From Parasitella parasitica NRRL 2501 (taxonomy: Eukaryota > Fungi > Mucoromycota), in NCBI GenBank assembly GCA_025201805.1, contig MU619320.1:84609-148608 (forward strand): 64,000 nt of DNA. The letters run 5' to 3'. Every line of letters starts with the position of its first letter. Positions within the stretch are counted from its first letter, which is position 1. The position numbers and the translations under genes were made by a program. The notes under the pieces are model-generated. The model was not told the DNA's origin. It was given only the letters and a program-made list of their open reading frames with translations, and ran no database searches. Shown piece by piece: positions 48,949-62,449 of this stretch.

Positions 48949-50708
48949 TTATGATTGATTAGGATAATCGTCTAATACAGCCCTCTTTTTAGCAGACTCA
49001 ATTAACGGTAAAAGACATGACAAAGGAGCTGCTTTAGCTAAAAATGGATGCAGCAGCAATTCAGCTGCAGAAGGTCTGCTTTCGGCATTGAACTTTAGGC
49101 ATTTTCCCAAGAAATCACGGAATGTGACAGAAAGCTGCTCGGGATCCTTTAATGAAGGAGGAACACGTTGTGTTGTAAGTAATCGAATCGCTTGCTCTGG
49201 GTCTTCCAAGTGAGGAGGGCTTCCCTCTACCATTTCAATGGCTGTGATGCCAAGTGACCAAATGTCGACACTGGGGCCATATTCTTTACGTTGGACAACT
49301 TCTGGTGCCATCTATTTTTTGGAGCGTCAATTTACGTATCAAGCACTGTTAGTAGTTATTACATACCCAACAAGGGGTACCGGCGAGTGTTGTTCTTTTT
49401 GATTGCTTCTTGTCTATTTGAGCACAGTAGCCGAAATCAGCTGGATGCACCCATTAATTAGCGTATGAATGTTTGAAATTTTGACCAATTTTTACAACTT
49501 ACATAGCTTAATTTGACCTTCATTGCCAATCAAGATATTGTCGCTTTTTATGTCTCTGTGGATGATGCCTCTGGAATGAAGATAGTCCAAGCCATTCAAT
49601 ACTTCTAAGCAAACAGCAGCAATCTCTCTCTCTGACATGAAACTCTGTGTTACTATGTCTGTCAAGCTACCACCTTCCATGTACTCCATAACAATCCAAA
49701 CGTCATTTTTCCATATAAATGACTCAATATGCTGCACCATGTTCTTGTGGGCTTGGTCCTCTCTTCCCATCCTTACTTCATCTACGATCAAGTCTTTTCG
49801 AACTTGTCGCCGAAGATGAATTTGCTTTATAGCTACAAATTTGTCATTTGTATTGCTGGAGGTCCGTCGAGCTTTAAAAACAGAACCAGATGCTCTAAAT
49901 ATATAAATGTATAAAAGGAGGTATGTTAAGGAGATAACCGTGGGGTTTAGTTTGAAATCAACATACCCTTCCCCAATTTTTATCATATCTGTGTACAGAG
50001 AGCAAGGATCTTCTTGCTTGCATAGCTTATTCAACTCGGCAATAGCTTCAGGTGTAGACATTGCCTTTTTAGTAGGCCGCCTACGGTCGAATTCTTTTGT
50101 TGCTTCTGGTTTCGGTTGTTGTTGCAGTGAAGACTCCACAGGCACGGTTGCTGTAGGCTTGTTCTGCTGGTTCCTTTCAATCTCATCATAGACCCGCTTG
50201 ATAAATGACGATAATAGAATATCTTGCTGTTTGCTACCTAAACCAGCTTATTTCGCAAGGTTAATAAAACAATTTAATGCCTTAATTTTTCTCTGGTTGA
50301 CATACATATTTCCCAATCAGGCGCCTTTCCAAGTGTCATTTCGCCTGTATCTGCTTCAAAGTGTATGTGTGTCTTATGAATTGCATCAAATGGCCATGAT
50401 ATAACCATCATATTTCTATTTGTATATCCTTTTTTCTGCTTGAACAAAAATATACCTGTTGTAACTCTTTAGTAATCAAGCACATAAATCTATCAGATAT
50501 GTAGGTAATGTTTACGCATAATCTTATTAATGACGCCTGAGCTCTTTCTCTTTTGCGATGAGCTATATGAGCCATCAAATGTGTTTCTTTTTGATCTTTT
50601 GTTCAGCTCAGCCAAATAAGAGGCGATAGGCTCATCATTTCTTGGGACTTGTTGGATGCTGTACTGAGATGTAGCGAAATGGCTCTGCTGTTGTCTCAAT
50701 ACACTCAT
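48949..50708 (-). CDS. PAK/Ste20-family kinase with divergent CRIB
   Basis: CRIB-like [21 protein letters not shown]; KIGEG|ASGSVF; VAIKQ; [11 protein letters not shown]; HRDIKSDN; [18 protein letters not shown]|MAPEVV; DIWSLGI. Confidence 0.9.
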
Positions 50709-51431
50709 TTTTGAGAGGAAAATGATGAGAAAAGAAACAGGAAATATGACAATAAGAGTGGTCGATTTCGATTTTATACGTAGTTGTAAATGAGCTGATC
50801 TGTTGTTGCTGTAAGGGCAAACTTCGGTTCACATTTGTATAAACGCTTACTTTTATATTTTTACGTTAGTAAAATTTATTTATATTTTCGCTGTAGACAT
50901 GGTTTTTTTGCCATGTTTTCCCTGGGAGATGTATAACTACTAATAAGCATTCTGAGGAGTATTTTGTATATAAATACAAATGAAACAATTAGCTCGTTTA
51001 ACACGTAAATGAGGGAAGAGAAGGGTGCAAATAGTCAAAGTGAAATAAATTGTATGCAGTAGGATTCAAAGCTTTATATTGGTTTACAACTGTATTGTAA
51101 ATTACAGGGTGTCCATAAACTTGTAACAGCATATCATATCCTGATGTGCACGATAAATCATGGCAATAGCTGCGGATTTGTTATTTATAGGTTTCTCGGC
51201 TGTAGTTGCTAATATGTCATGCTCATAAAGTCTTATTTTGAGATGCTGTATCTATGTGGAAACATAGTTTATATTTCTTTCTTTGTGTATCCTTTTATGC
51301 CTATTGTCACATTCATTACAATGATGTTCTGAGCACAAAAACATGTGCGGTGTATTTAAATTTGGAAGGGCAGCTTTTCTGTTTTCCCTTTTTTTTTTCT
51401 CTTCTTCTTCGAAAAGAAATTCAGGGCAAAC

Positions 51432-52678
51432 ATGGGCGTTGAAACATATCACAATATTGCCATTGTTACTGGAGCCAACGGGGGTGTTGGTTTTGGCATT
51501 TGCCAAAGATTACTGGAGTCAGATGGAAAAGACTTGACACTTGTATTGGCCTGTCGCAACCCTGCAAGAGCAAACAAAGCTAAAGAAAGATTGTTGAATC
51601 AATTTCCTTTTGCCAATATTGACATTGAATTGGTCGACGTCGGTTGCACCAAAAGCGTCCTGTCATTTTCAACCAGTATCAAATGCAGGTGAGCATCCCA
51701 AATGATGCTTGAATAACGCTTGTGCCAACACAACTTCACAGATACCCTCATATCAACTACCTCTTTTGCAATGCAGGCATCCTCAGCTCCAGTGGTATAA
51801 ATTGGAAAACCCTATTTTATCTGGTTTTCACTGATCCAGTTGGCCTGATGGAGCGTGCAGACGTAACCATGCAACCTGTGGGGGAAATCAATGCAGATGG
51901 CATGGGCAAAGTGTTTGCGGCAAATGTCTTTGGTCATTACATCATGGTGAGTATATTATGCTGCCTTGGAAGGCTCATTTACTCAACTTTGGGAGTGTAG
52001 ATACGTGAATTAGAAAGCTTGCTATCGAAATCAGGAGATGGTCGAGTGATTTGGACCAGTTCTATCACAGCTTGTAGCAGTTCATTCGATATTGATGATT
52101 GGCAAGGGATTAAAAGGTATGTTTGTCTATGGATAGGGACCATGCAATACCAGCTAACGCTTTGGATAGCCAAGAGCCTTACGAATCTTCAAAATGGGCT
52201 TGCGATATGATTGCCATTGCCTCTAGTGAGAGATTTCAGAAAGAAAATAACCCCATTACGTCCTTCACTACATCACCTGGGGTTGTTGCAAGCGATATTG
52301 GTGGGTTACCTGCATGGGTATGCACAGCTAGAATTTTTCTTCATTATTTTGTAAGTTGGTTTCATTAGGATTATGTGCACATTATGCTTATAACCGTCTT
52401 TCAAGATGCGTCTCTGTGGTGTCTCCTCCCAAAATGTCACGGCGTACAACGGAGCAATAGCGGAGGTTTACGCAGCACTAGAACCAGTGTCAAGATTAAG
52501 CTTCTTGAGTCGCTACAACTCCTTGACTAACAGATGGGGAAAGGCTTTTGTTGGTGCTAAACCAATCGTGGATTATGATCGTGTTACAGCAGAAAAACTG
52601 ATTGAAAAATGTGAACTGGCTTATCAAGCATTCAAAAAGAATTCTGATTCAACTTTTACTACTGCTCCTGCAAATTAA
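51432..52678 (+). CDS. ERG27: 3-keto-steroid reductase (SDR, ergosterol pathway)
   Basis: IAIVTGANGGVGFGICQRL; LVLACRN; NAGI; VFAANVFGHY; GRVIWTSS; FDIDDWQGIK|..PYESSK (YxxxK). Confidence 0.9.
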
Positions 52679-53140
52679 TGACAGCACTGCATGCAAAGAC
52701 AAAATTATTCTACTATACATTCTTTCTGAACCTTTACATGGCTTAAAATTTAATCAAGAAAAGAATCTCGTTTTACGAAAAAGTTAATTTGTTATGTACT
52801 GGTTCATGTTTTAAATTAATCTAGAAAATAAAGAAGCATTCCTCTTGCCAGGTTCTGTTATACATGTCCATTTGATACCATTTAACGCAACATGGGATCA
52901 TTGATACATAAAATGCTGATTATTTTCTGTAGCATACATGTAAGTTACATACACGTATCACAATATCCTTGGAAGAAGTCGCATTCCATGCATAGGTATG
53001 CTATCTGTATATCCACCGTTATGAAAGTCAAATATGACAATAATCATAACAACATATCGCAATGAAAAATATATAAAAGGGTCTATGTGCATGTATGAAA
53101 ACATATTTCACTCCTTTGCGCACATATATATAAGTTGAAG

Positions 53141-54192
53141 ATGTCTCTGTTCAAATCAAAGAGAAACAACCAAATCACATCAGAGTTTGATACTACAACA
53201 CAGCCTGGACTATTACCAATTCAAAATGTATACAGCGCATATAATAGACTGCCTAGTCCAGTATTCACAGTAGATCAAAGCGCAGAAAATTTGTATAGGA
53301 GTAGCAGCATTCGTAATAATAATAATCACCATCATCAAAAACCAAACCAAAATAATGAGCATGCTAGTCTTGAAAAGTTCAGCCAACAACAGATGCTAAT
53401 CAAAGAAGCAGAGGAAAGGGCTGCTGTAAAATCTCGCAAAAAATCAAACTATTCACGATTTTTATGCTGCTTTTGCTTCCCGTGTCTTCCCATGTGGACA
53501 AGGACTATGTGCTGCTTTCTCTTTTCAAGTATTTGTGGATTCAGTTGTTTATTATTGTTTTTTGCCCTTTCTTTTAAAACACCTCAAATTGTCTTGAGTG
53601 GGGGGAACGGCCTAGCATTTGACTTCAGTGTTTATAATGGCAACTATTTTGAATTGAATTTCGAAAAAATTAAAACAGTGGTATGCCTTTCCTTTTTAAT
53701 ACTATACAAAGTCCTGATTAACAAACATATTTACCTATTACAGATGTACTACCCTACAACTTTCAACAAAACAACCGTGGGCATTGGCGAGATTTCTGAT
53801 CTGACACTGAGGCCACATGCAGTTACAAACATTACATTTCCAATTCTATTTTTTAGTGATGCCAGTAATAATTTCATTAACCCGGATAGAAACACAACTG
53901 CTGATCCAAAGGAAAGAAATGGCTCCGCGTTTGAAACCCTAGTAGATCAGTTATGCTATAAAGGAGGAAGAGGCACTGAAAATGACGATGCAGAGCAAAA
54001 AGAGATAGAAATTGTATATGACTTGATGCCTACGCTCAGATTTGGAGATAATGGAGCTTTGAGTATGTTATTTGCGGGGCAAACGACAACAGTGTCGTGT
54101 GAGAAGGTATAATGTTTGCACATTGTGTGATAATGCTTTAAATCTAACAAAATTATCATTATAAGTTACAAAATATAACAAAGCAGCCTTGA
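53141..54192 (+). CDS. Single-pass membrane protein with Cys-rich juxtamembrane region and LEA_2-like domain
   Basis: FLCCFCFPCLP, a TM helix, then FDFSVYNGNYFELNFEKIK..YYP..VGIG..NITFPI pattern; two introns; stop 54190-92 inferred. Confidence 0.6.
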
Positions 54193-55328
54193 ATTTCCTT
54201 GAAGAATTACAGTGGTATATATTGACTTGACAAGTTAAAATAAATTTACATACTCAAAATAGTATACTATACTGAAAATCAGTTTGTATTGGAAAATCAT
54301 AGTTATTTTTCACAATAACTAGATAAGAACAAAATTATGTGCCATAGAAAAGATCTGCATTGTGAGTTACCGTCCATTTTCTTCATGAACACTTTTGATT
54401 ACTTATTCTTTAGTGATAATGCCTCAAATAAAAACTATTAGCTCTAAGAAATGGTCTAATGAGGCGCGAAAAAAACAGTTTTTGTCAAGCATTTAGTGGC
54501 GTAGATCATACGTTTCCTGCAAATCAATATGACGTTGAGGGTATTTGACATGGGAATCAATTAACAAGGAGAGGCAAAAAAAGCATAAAACAAGAAGGAA
54601 TGAAATTCACAAATACTTTGTTTGCTGTATTTCTTAATTTATTCACCATCTACATACCGCTAGAGTCAATAAAATTGTATCATGGAGATATCGTTTTTTT
54701 TGTTATTAACTGGGACTACCAACCTCGGCTCCTTAATCATGAGGAAGGCCCCTATTGTTTGCATAGACATGCTCCAATATCCTATAGCATCGCCTTATAA
54801 AATTAGTCGATTAAGTTGCAGAAAAAAAAACTGATATTATTGCCTACCATGGCTATGAAGAAAATGACTTTTGAAATGAGTCAAACGTGCTTTTGCTGTA
54901 TTTCTGTGAAATGGTTCATATCAAGAAACGTACCGAACATTGCTTTGTAGTGGTCAAAACTGATCTTGCTACTATTGTCGTCACTGCTATATCCAGGAGA
55001 AACTTCTGACTAGAAAAATTGTTCGCGCAAATCAAGCCATCAACGTTATATTTGTATCGACCAACTGCCATTTCCTTGTTCTCAGATGGACGGTCATTGC
55101 CTCCAGCTCAATTTCATCTGGTGAACATGTAAAATTATATCGCTTGTCTTTCTGCAGCTTTTAATACATGGGTCGAATAAACATTTAGGATTTTGATAAT
55201 ACCCCTTGTGGCAGTTGTCGTAAATTTCTCGTTGATCACCAATATTAAAACATTTCTTTATCATTTCATTTTCCTTATTTATGCTAACAAAGTCTCTAGA
55301 ATTGCAGTGATTAGAGATATTTAAAAAT

Positions 55329-55821
55329 TCGAAATGTTGTAGAATAGTTAAAACGGAAAATATATTGGTTGACGGTTGTGTCTATCGCTTGATAGTCTGT
55401 AGAGATATCAGAGATTGCAAATTTGGCCTTTAAGCGGGAAAAAGGGAATATTCCAGATTGTGTGGTATATACTTTATCCATAAATGAAGGTATATAAAAA
55501 TGGTTTTTGAGTCCGTATTATGCAGTATCCCGGCTATCGATTTATATTGAGACATACGCAAGTTACCTATTAGAATCTTGATTTGCTCTCTATTTAAAAA
55601 TAGGCGTTGCACTCATTTACAGNNNNNNNNNNAAAAAAAAAAAAAAAAAGCTGTAGATTGAATCTCAGCATTGTGCGTTCATTTGGCTCAAACCAAATTT
55701 GAGCTTTTTTTTGGATAGTTCATTGCTAGATATCTCAAGAACGTAATAGGTATATCGGATATGCGTGCTAAGTGTTATATAACGTAAATTAAATTCTGCA
55801 TCCAACCATATAAATTTCAAG
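55329..55821. repeat. Diverged direct repeat, copy 1 (~470-490 bp; spans an N gap)
   Basis: Collinear anchors shared with 56818-57285: atgttgta, ggttgtgtct, agatatcagagattg, tttaagcgg, ggctat, atttgctc, ttcattgct, ttaaattctgcatc.aaccatat. Confidence 0.8.
55623..55632. other. Assembly gap (10 N) followed by poly-A
   Basis: Run of N in the sequence. Confidence 1.
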
Positions 55822-56817
55822 GCTATAGAAACACCTTTTTTTATTGCCAATTATCAATTATTCGAAAAACGCCATTTTTGATACTTTATGAGTAAAATCG
55901 AACATATTTTGAGCACTCCTAGCTCTATAAACTTGACCACAAGGATCATCATGTTAATACCTACACACCAGTATATTTCTTACTGCTGTAACTTTATTAT
56001 ATCTGCCAAAAATCAAAATCTTGTCTCGACCAAAATGAATCTACGACTTTCCGGCCCTATGTTTAGAGGACCAAAATGAAGCCATTCAAAAGGGTAAAAA
56101 TCAATTCCGTTTTTCGAGATTTTCTCGCTCAGAAATTTGTATTTTTTGACCAAACAAAAGGCATTCCGTAGCTATTTTTCAGCTCTATTTTTGTGTTGCC
56201 ATATCATATATTTTGATATGCTATTTATTTCTCTAAAATGTATAAAAATAAATGATGTCTCTGCTAAAAACATTTAAAAAAAATTTTTTTTCGACATATC
56301 TATCTAACACTAATACAACTAGGAGAGAACCAAGTTTTGAAAATATTTTAGTAATTACTCAAGCCAAGTTACGATAATGGTTTATTGAGAAATAGACGGT
56401 CAAAGTTTAACGTAAAAAGACAAAACTGGCTCAAGCTTGTCAAATTCGAGCTTGAATACGACATGTTTATTACCAGTATGTGTATCAAAACGTGCTTTAT
56501 TACTTTACTTAGGAACTTAAACATGATTTAATTGCAAAATTTGGTACTTGTTATAGGAATATATGCTGTAAATCTGCAAAATCTGCAAAATCTATTTTCG
56601 GTAATATCTCAAAAACAAAGATAGATATCGAGAATCGGAAGACGTGGTGAGGTACAGTTATCATACCAGTAATTGGATGTATACTTGGCTTAGACCCCAA
56701 ATCCGTGCCTAAAAATGACCCTGAAGGTTGACCCAAAGTTGAAAACTGAAATTCGAATATGAGGTTTGGGGTCCAAACATAGCAAAATCTGAAAAATGGC
56801 CAGACGTGCATGAAACT

Positions 56818-57285
56818 CGGATATGTTGTAAAATGCTCCAAAAAAAGAATATTTTGGCTGAAGGTTGTGTCTCTATCGGTTATTAGTTTGTAAAGATATC
56901 AGAGATTGTAGATGATGCTTTTAAGCGGAGAAAAAGGTGATGGTCAAGGTTAGGCGCCATTTATTCTAACCAAATCATAAAATTACATAAAAATAGCTTT
57001 TGAAGTCATATTTTACAACATCTTGGCTATTGATTCGTATCAAAACATAACCAGATTGTTTATGGAGTTCATAATTTGCTCCTCAATTGAAATGGATGCT
57101 TCACTGCCAAAGGCCTTCATATAAAACATTAAATTGAAGCTCAGAAGTATGTTTCCATTGCAACTTGCGTACATTCAAATTTTCATTGCTTAATATTTCG
57201 AAAAATAATAAATATAATATTGCATATGGTTGCTAAATGTTTTTTGTCAGCATTTAAATTCTGCATCAAACCATATTAATCCAAG
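56818..57285. repeat. Diverged direct repeat, copy 2
   Basis: Same anchors as copy 1, offset ~1.48 kb. Confidence 0.8.
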
Positions 57286-58472
57286 TAGGTGATGTATATT
57301 TCAGATATTTCAATACAATAAAAAGAGACTTGTAATAATTCGCAGCTTTCAACTGTATCCGAAAAATAAAAGAAGTATCTCGTTTATTATGATATAAATG
57401 CAGGGTATTTATATCTTCAATTATTTACTACAACTGAGATGGTAGCTGTAATAACCAATAGATTAATGTGATAGTATGTTGTCACTGTTGATGAACGAAT
57501 AGAAAATACACCGTGTTATCATTGTCAATTGGTTTGATATGTTTCATTGTTGAGATTGATTCAAGAATATGAGCTGATGTAACATATCAAATAGTTTGTT
57601 CGCACCTTGACATTTGAGCAAGTCCGCATATCTTTTTGATGTCATGGCAGCCGAGACATTGCGATATCCAGTGAACATTGAGATATTATACTGACTCGTA
57701 TCTGATACAATCATATAATATATTTGCAGTAAACCAGCAAGCGTAGTACTTGTAGGAACTGATATAGTGAAGATGTAGCAGTGCGTATACATCAAGATTA
57801 TGGATTCAGATGTAATTAACAAGCTAAAAATTACGAAATGAATTAGAGCTATGTTAATAAACATCATCCAGTTGATCCTCTCTGTTAACATATTATTAAT
57901 TAACATATTATTAATTAGAACGAAGTGTACAGCTTAAAAAATCGCCTTTTTTGGATTTCGAATCTCCTAATTTGGTTGATTCAAGCTATTTCGCCCGACT
58001 TTCAACATGATTTACTCTGTTGAAAGAGCTCTTATTTCAAATCAAAATACATGACCATTTTTTTCACGCTTTGTTGCATACGTACATATTTTTTTATAGT
58101 TTTCTGAAGCTTCTATATATTTTTAATTAGTTTTTGAAAATGAGATATACTTGATTTAACGCCGACTTCTCAAAAATTCGAAACTTGAATGGGAATTACA
58201 AAACCAAACAAAGCATTTATACACTCTATTCCTCGCTGGATTGTGTTTATTCTGCTGTGTTCTTGTAATCATGTAACTTACAAATAATTAAGCAACACAG
58301 GATTTTAACGTCAAATGTTGTCTTGTCAAATGAAACCAATAAGCAAAAAAAACATAAGAATCGAATGTTACATCTTTATTAGAATCTTGCAATTGAAAGA
58401 GATATTTATACTAAATGACTAACTAGAAAATGTTGCAATCTATGCGGCAGATGCTTGAATATGATAAGGAAT

Positions 58473-58513
58473 TAAAATAAAATAAAATAAAATAAAATAA
58501 AATAAAATAAAAT
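58473..58513. repeat. (TAAAA)8 microsatellite
   Basis: Direct reading. Confidence 0.95.
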
Positions 58514-59358
58514 AGAAGAATGTGATTGAAGAGATGATTTTGTTGACATTATTCTTGTTGTTTCTGTTGTAAGAAAGATATATATATGTTGTTATTGCTA
58601 TTGTTAATTAGATGAAATCCAAATTGAGAGCCTTTCATTCAATATTTGAACCCTTTCCACTAATTCGACCATAATGACATCAAAGAAAATAAACATATCC
58701 TAATGAGCTTCAAAAATAAAAAGAAATATGCTACAAACACCATTTCTCTCATGTCAGTTTACGATCAATAAAGTATTGTTGTTTGCCAAGTACTTAATCA
58801 TTATCCCTGTCCTCTATCTGTGAGATTAATTCTGTATTATTTAATTCCCAGTATTCTAGCACTGTGGTGTCCCTGTTGCTGTATTGTTTATTAATTCATG
58901 ATGTGAATTACTGGCAGTCTTTCACACATCATATTGAATTAGTAAAGCAGATCTTAGTTCTTGACTAAGATCCTGAGAATAAAGCATTAATAATAAGAAT
59001 TATACCATTAATATTATACATTTAAAGACAATTATACAACTTGTACTCCACATTAATCAAGCACTGCTTACTGCTTTCCCATGAAGCTTAATTTAATCAA
59101 GATCAAGTTATTACATTAGTAACTTGAATTCACTATATTTTACTTTACTATAAATAAGATGAAGTTCAAGGAGCTAACCAGAACTTCACTTACATTTTAA
59201 CTTTAATAAACCAAGAAGAGTTATAATTGTATTTTTCTAAGTTTTTTTTAATTTTTATAGCAATTCATATAAGCAATCTTCTGAGTGTATAACTAAGTGT
59301 TGTAGTGAATACCTGACAAAATCGTTTCTCAAAATGCTTCATTGCACATGATGCCAGG

Positions 59359-59569
59359 CTTTCAGGTTGAATGAGAGGTTGAAGGGAGGTTGAATGGGTT
59401 GAATGGGTTGAATGAGATTTTGCCAAACGTCAAGGTTCCCACCCAACCTCTATTCAACCCATTTAACCCATTCAACCTCTCATTCAACCCATTCAACCTC
59501 TCATTCAACCCATTCAACCCTCGATCGACCCTCAATTAACCCTCAATTGACTCCTGAAAGAATTCAACC
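59359..59569. repeat. Head-to-head tandem arrays (GGTTGAATG)n ... (CATTCAACC)n
   Basis: Five GGTTGAA units at 59365-59416, ~25-bp spacer, then about seven TTCAACC units plus degenerate ones at 59442-59569; ctttcagg (59359) pairs with cctgaaag (59553). Confidence 0.92.
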
Positions 59570-60502
59570 ATCTTTCATCTCCCCCAAGCTTTGTCTGGGA
59601 AGAAAATTGGGTAATCTGCCCTTTTCGAACATCTTCTTCTGATTTGAATGATAGGTGAGTGATTTTAACAATGTATGCAGTGGTGTTGCTGTTGACTTGT
59701 GTGCTACATTTGCCTGATTTTTTTGTTGTTGATCTCCAAAGGAATACTAAATCCAGAGATTGAAAAGTTCGAATCATCATTTGCTCCTCCTCGATCAAAA
59801 AAGGTAATTTAAAAAAAAACATTTATGTCTATCTCTGGTTTGAGCTCTGGAAAATAGACATAAGTTTGTCTTTCGCTTTTTCCAGAATATTGCACTTCAC
59901 AAACTAATACACATTCATCAATCATTTTATTTTTGGGCAGCAGGAGCATTTATGTCGACAAGGTTTTTAGTCTGAAGGAATCTTTGTTTATCTGTCGCCA
60001 CGCTCGGCATATCACATGAACACATGTTAAAAATATATTTGCCCCCATTTTGTACATTTTATCTTTTTCTTCCCTTCTCTGCCTCACAAAAACAATAGAA
60101 CATCTCCTCTTCTTCTTCGCATTGTATCTTCTTCACATTGTGCCTTTCCTCTCGTTCTCTTCCTTCATCGATCATTTCCCTTTATAAAAATTCACTAAGA
60201 ACAGATAGCATTGTATCTTCTTTTATTGTATCTTCAAGTTTATTTTCTTTACATTTTATCGTTTTGTAATTTTAATATCTCGCTTTCTATTTCACATAAT
60301 TTATTGATAAATCTTAAATATGGAGTGTGCAACCTGTGAACAATCTTTAAAAAACACGAATTCGGCATTGAAGGAACACAACTATAATTTTCATGTTGAT
60401 GAGGTGCTTGTTGGCGAAAGTAAGTGGTTTTTTTTTAGTTTGTGCAAGTTTCATTGAATCACATTTGCATTCGTAGATCTTTTGGCTGTGAGGAGAATCC
60501 AT
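59540..60502 (-). pseudogene. Decayed gene of unknown family (Cys/His-containing N-terminus, acidic middle)
   Basis: MDSPHSQKIYECKC.. at 60502, a purine-rich Glu/Asp/Lys-coding stretch around 60100-60260 and ORF 59532-59822; multiple stops. Confidence 0.35.
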
Positions 60503-61020
60503 GTGACATGTAATAAAAAGTGTAAAACAACAATAGATACAAATTAATTCCTTCTTTATTTTTTGGAATAGGATAACCTGCAAAGGTTAGACATTTCTAC
60601 TCTATTTAAATTCGTTGTTGTAAACGGCGGTCTGTCTGTCAGTTACGCCGTAACTGTCAGTCAAGTTTTTCTGTATTTGATTTTACATAATCAAGTACGT
60701 TATTCTAATATCGATGTTTCTGACACATTTGTAAGTGACATGCATGGACCAGTCCTTATATTGGTCTATGCGTTCCAAATGTGTTTTCTGGTTCGATTTC
60801 TTTTATAGATGCTTCGCGGTTTCACGGTTAGATATTTAGATAATATGTTCATTAACTTGATTTGGAATCTCTAAGGTAGCTCCGTAAGAGATGACATTAA
60901 ATTACTTTTTTGTGGGAAGTTCTATGACTTTAGCACAGGACATTCACTTGTCATATTTGTGAAAAATCCCTGAAAACAACAATTGGATTCAGGTCTTATT
61001 TGGTCAGCCACGGTTTGAAG

Positions 61021-62449
61021 ATGACCATACGTGACAAGTCTCCCAGAACCAGAAAACGCATATTGCAGGATTTGGAAGATGTGACAGATAGCATGTCACC
61101 AAGCAAAATTATCCATCGTATTCCACCTGAAGACTTGATCATCGGCAACTCTTCCAAACCTCTTAAGAAACGTAAATTACTTTCACATTCACAGAATTTT
61201 CTTGCTTCAAGTGATTCTATCACAGCTGAAACTCAAGAAAAAACTGATAAACTCATGATTGCGAAACTTGGTAGATGCGTGTCCATTATATATGAATGTG
61301 AAAGCGAACAGCATGGTCTTTTAACTTCTACCCGCTCAGCAACCATGTTGTTGCAAGAATTATCTCAGACTGGTGCATGGAAGAAACCAGCTGCCGATCT
61401 TGATCCAAGTATTGGCGTTCCCTGTGTTAAAGATGATTGTAACAGTGATTTTCTAATCGTGCATATCAAATCAACAAGGTATGCTCTTTGGTTCCGCTTA
61501 AAAGATGTATCCATTAATATATTTTTTTCAGTCAAGCCGCGAAGAAGCTTTCCACAACTCTTTATGAAGAATTTACCCTTGAACATTCAAATATTCTCAG
61601 TCGAGATTGGCTCGAGTATCCCCAATTACGATACTGCGGATTTCAAATACTTGCAGGAGCCATTTTAGCTGAGGGGCAAAATTCGATTTTATTGAACACT
61701 GTTGAACCCTATTCTCACGACCCTTTGCTTGGCGCTCGTTACGAACGACTGTCTGCTGATCAGTCGTCATTTCCAGAGACACTTGGTATTTATGGATTCC
61801 TCCCTATTTATTTGATTGACACACAGAATGGAAAAAAGTTGATCATAGGAACTCGAACATGCAATTTCCTTGTAACATCAAGCATGCGCATGGACGTTCA
61901 TTCTGTCAACCTCGGGCCATCAACAACTCACTTTACTCCAACGAACAAGACAAGGCTGTTTTTGGATAAGGCCTCACTTGATATTGTCAAACCAATGCTC
62001 ATAAACGAAACCGTCAATAAGTGTCAACAGATGCCCATTTTGTACCAATTGAGACAATCACGAAGCAAGTTTGATCGCCTTTCTACTTACACAAAATGTC
62101 GAGCATCATCATCATTCACAAGCCATCCATTCCTACAACCAACAACTATCTGGACCTTGTCTTCTCAAAATGACTCAACCTTGATCAATTTGGCACAAGA
62201 AAAATTGGGGCCTTAATTTTCAAAACACTTGCTATTCGAGTCTGCAAATATGGTGCTCATGCCTCCCTTGATCAGGTTGCAGTTGATGAAATTGCGGCAC
62301 TTGAAAAAAACAGATCCATTTCAGCAATCTTGACCAATATACAAGGATTGTTTGACGATCAAGAAAAAATTGATGTTATTGGAAATGCTGCTCTCAACAG
62401 CCAGTTAACTGATCTCGCCAACAAGATTTGCAAAAAAAAGAGAAGATGA
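61021..62449 (+). pseudogene. Intronless frameshifted gene of unknown family, probably TE-associated
   Basis: ORF 61000-61668, a different-frame ORF 61692-62216, and a continuation after a frameshift at ttggggcc (ALIFKTLAIRVC..LTDLANKICKKKRR*, TGA 62447-49) form one protein-like sequence of ~470 aa. Confidence 0.6.

Noticed and set aside
59359-59569. CRISPR array or canonical TTAGGG telomere
   Set aside because: No spacers; the unit is GGTTGAATG and the position is internal.
60911-60918. Other CSL consensus matches (TGTGGGAA here; TTCCCACG at ~2173)
   Set aside because: Frequency is consistent with chance and they lie in TE-like DNA.
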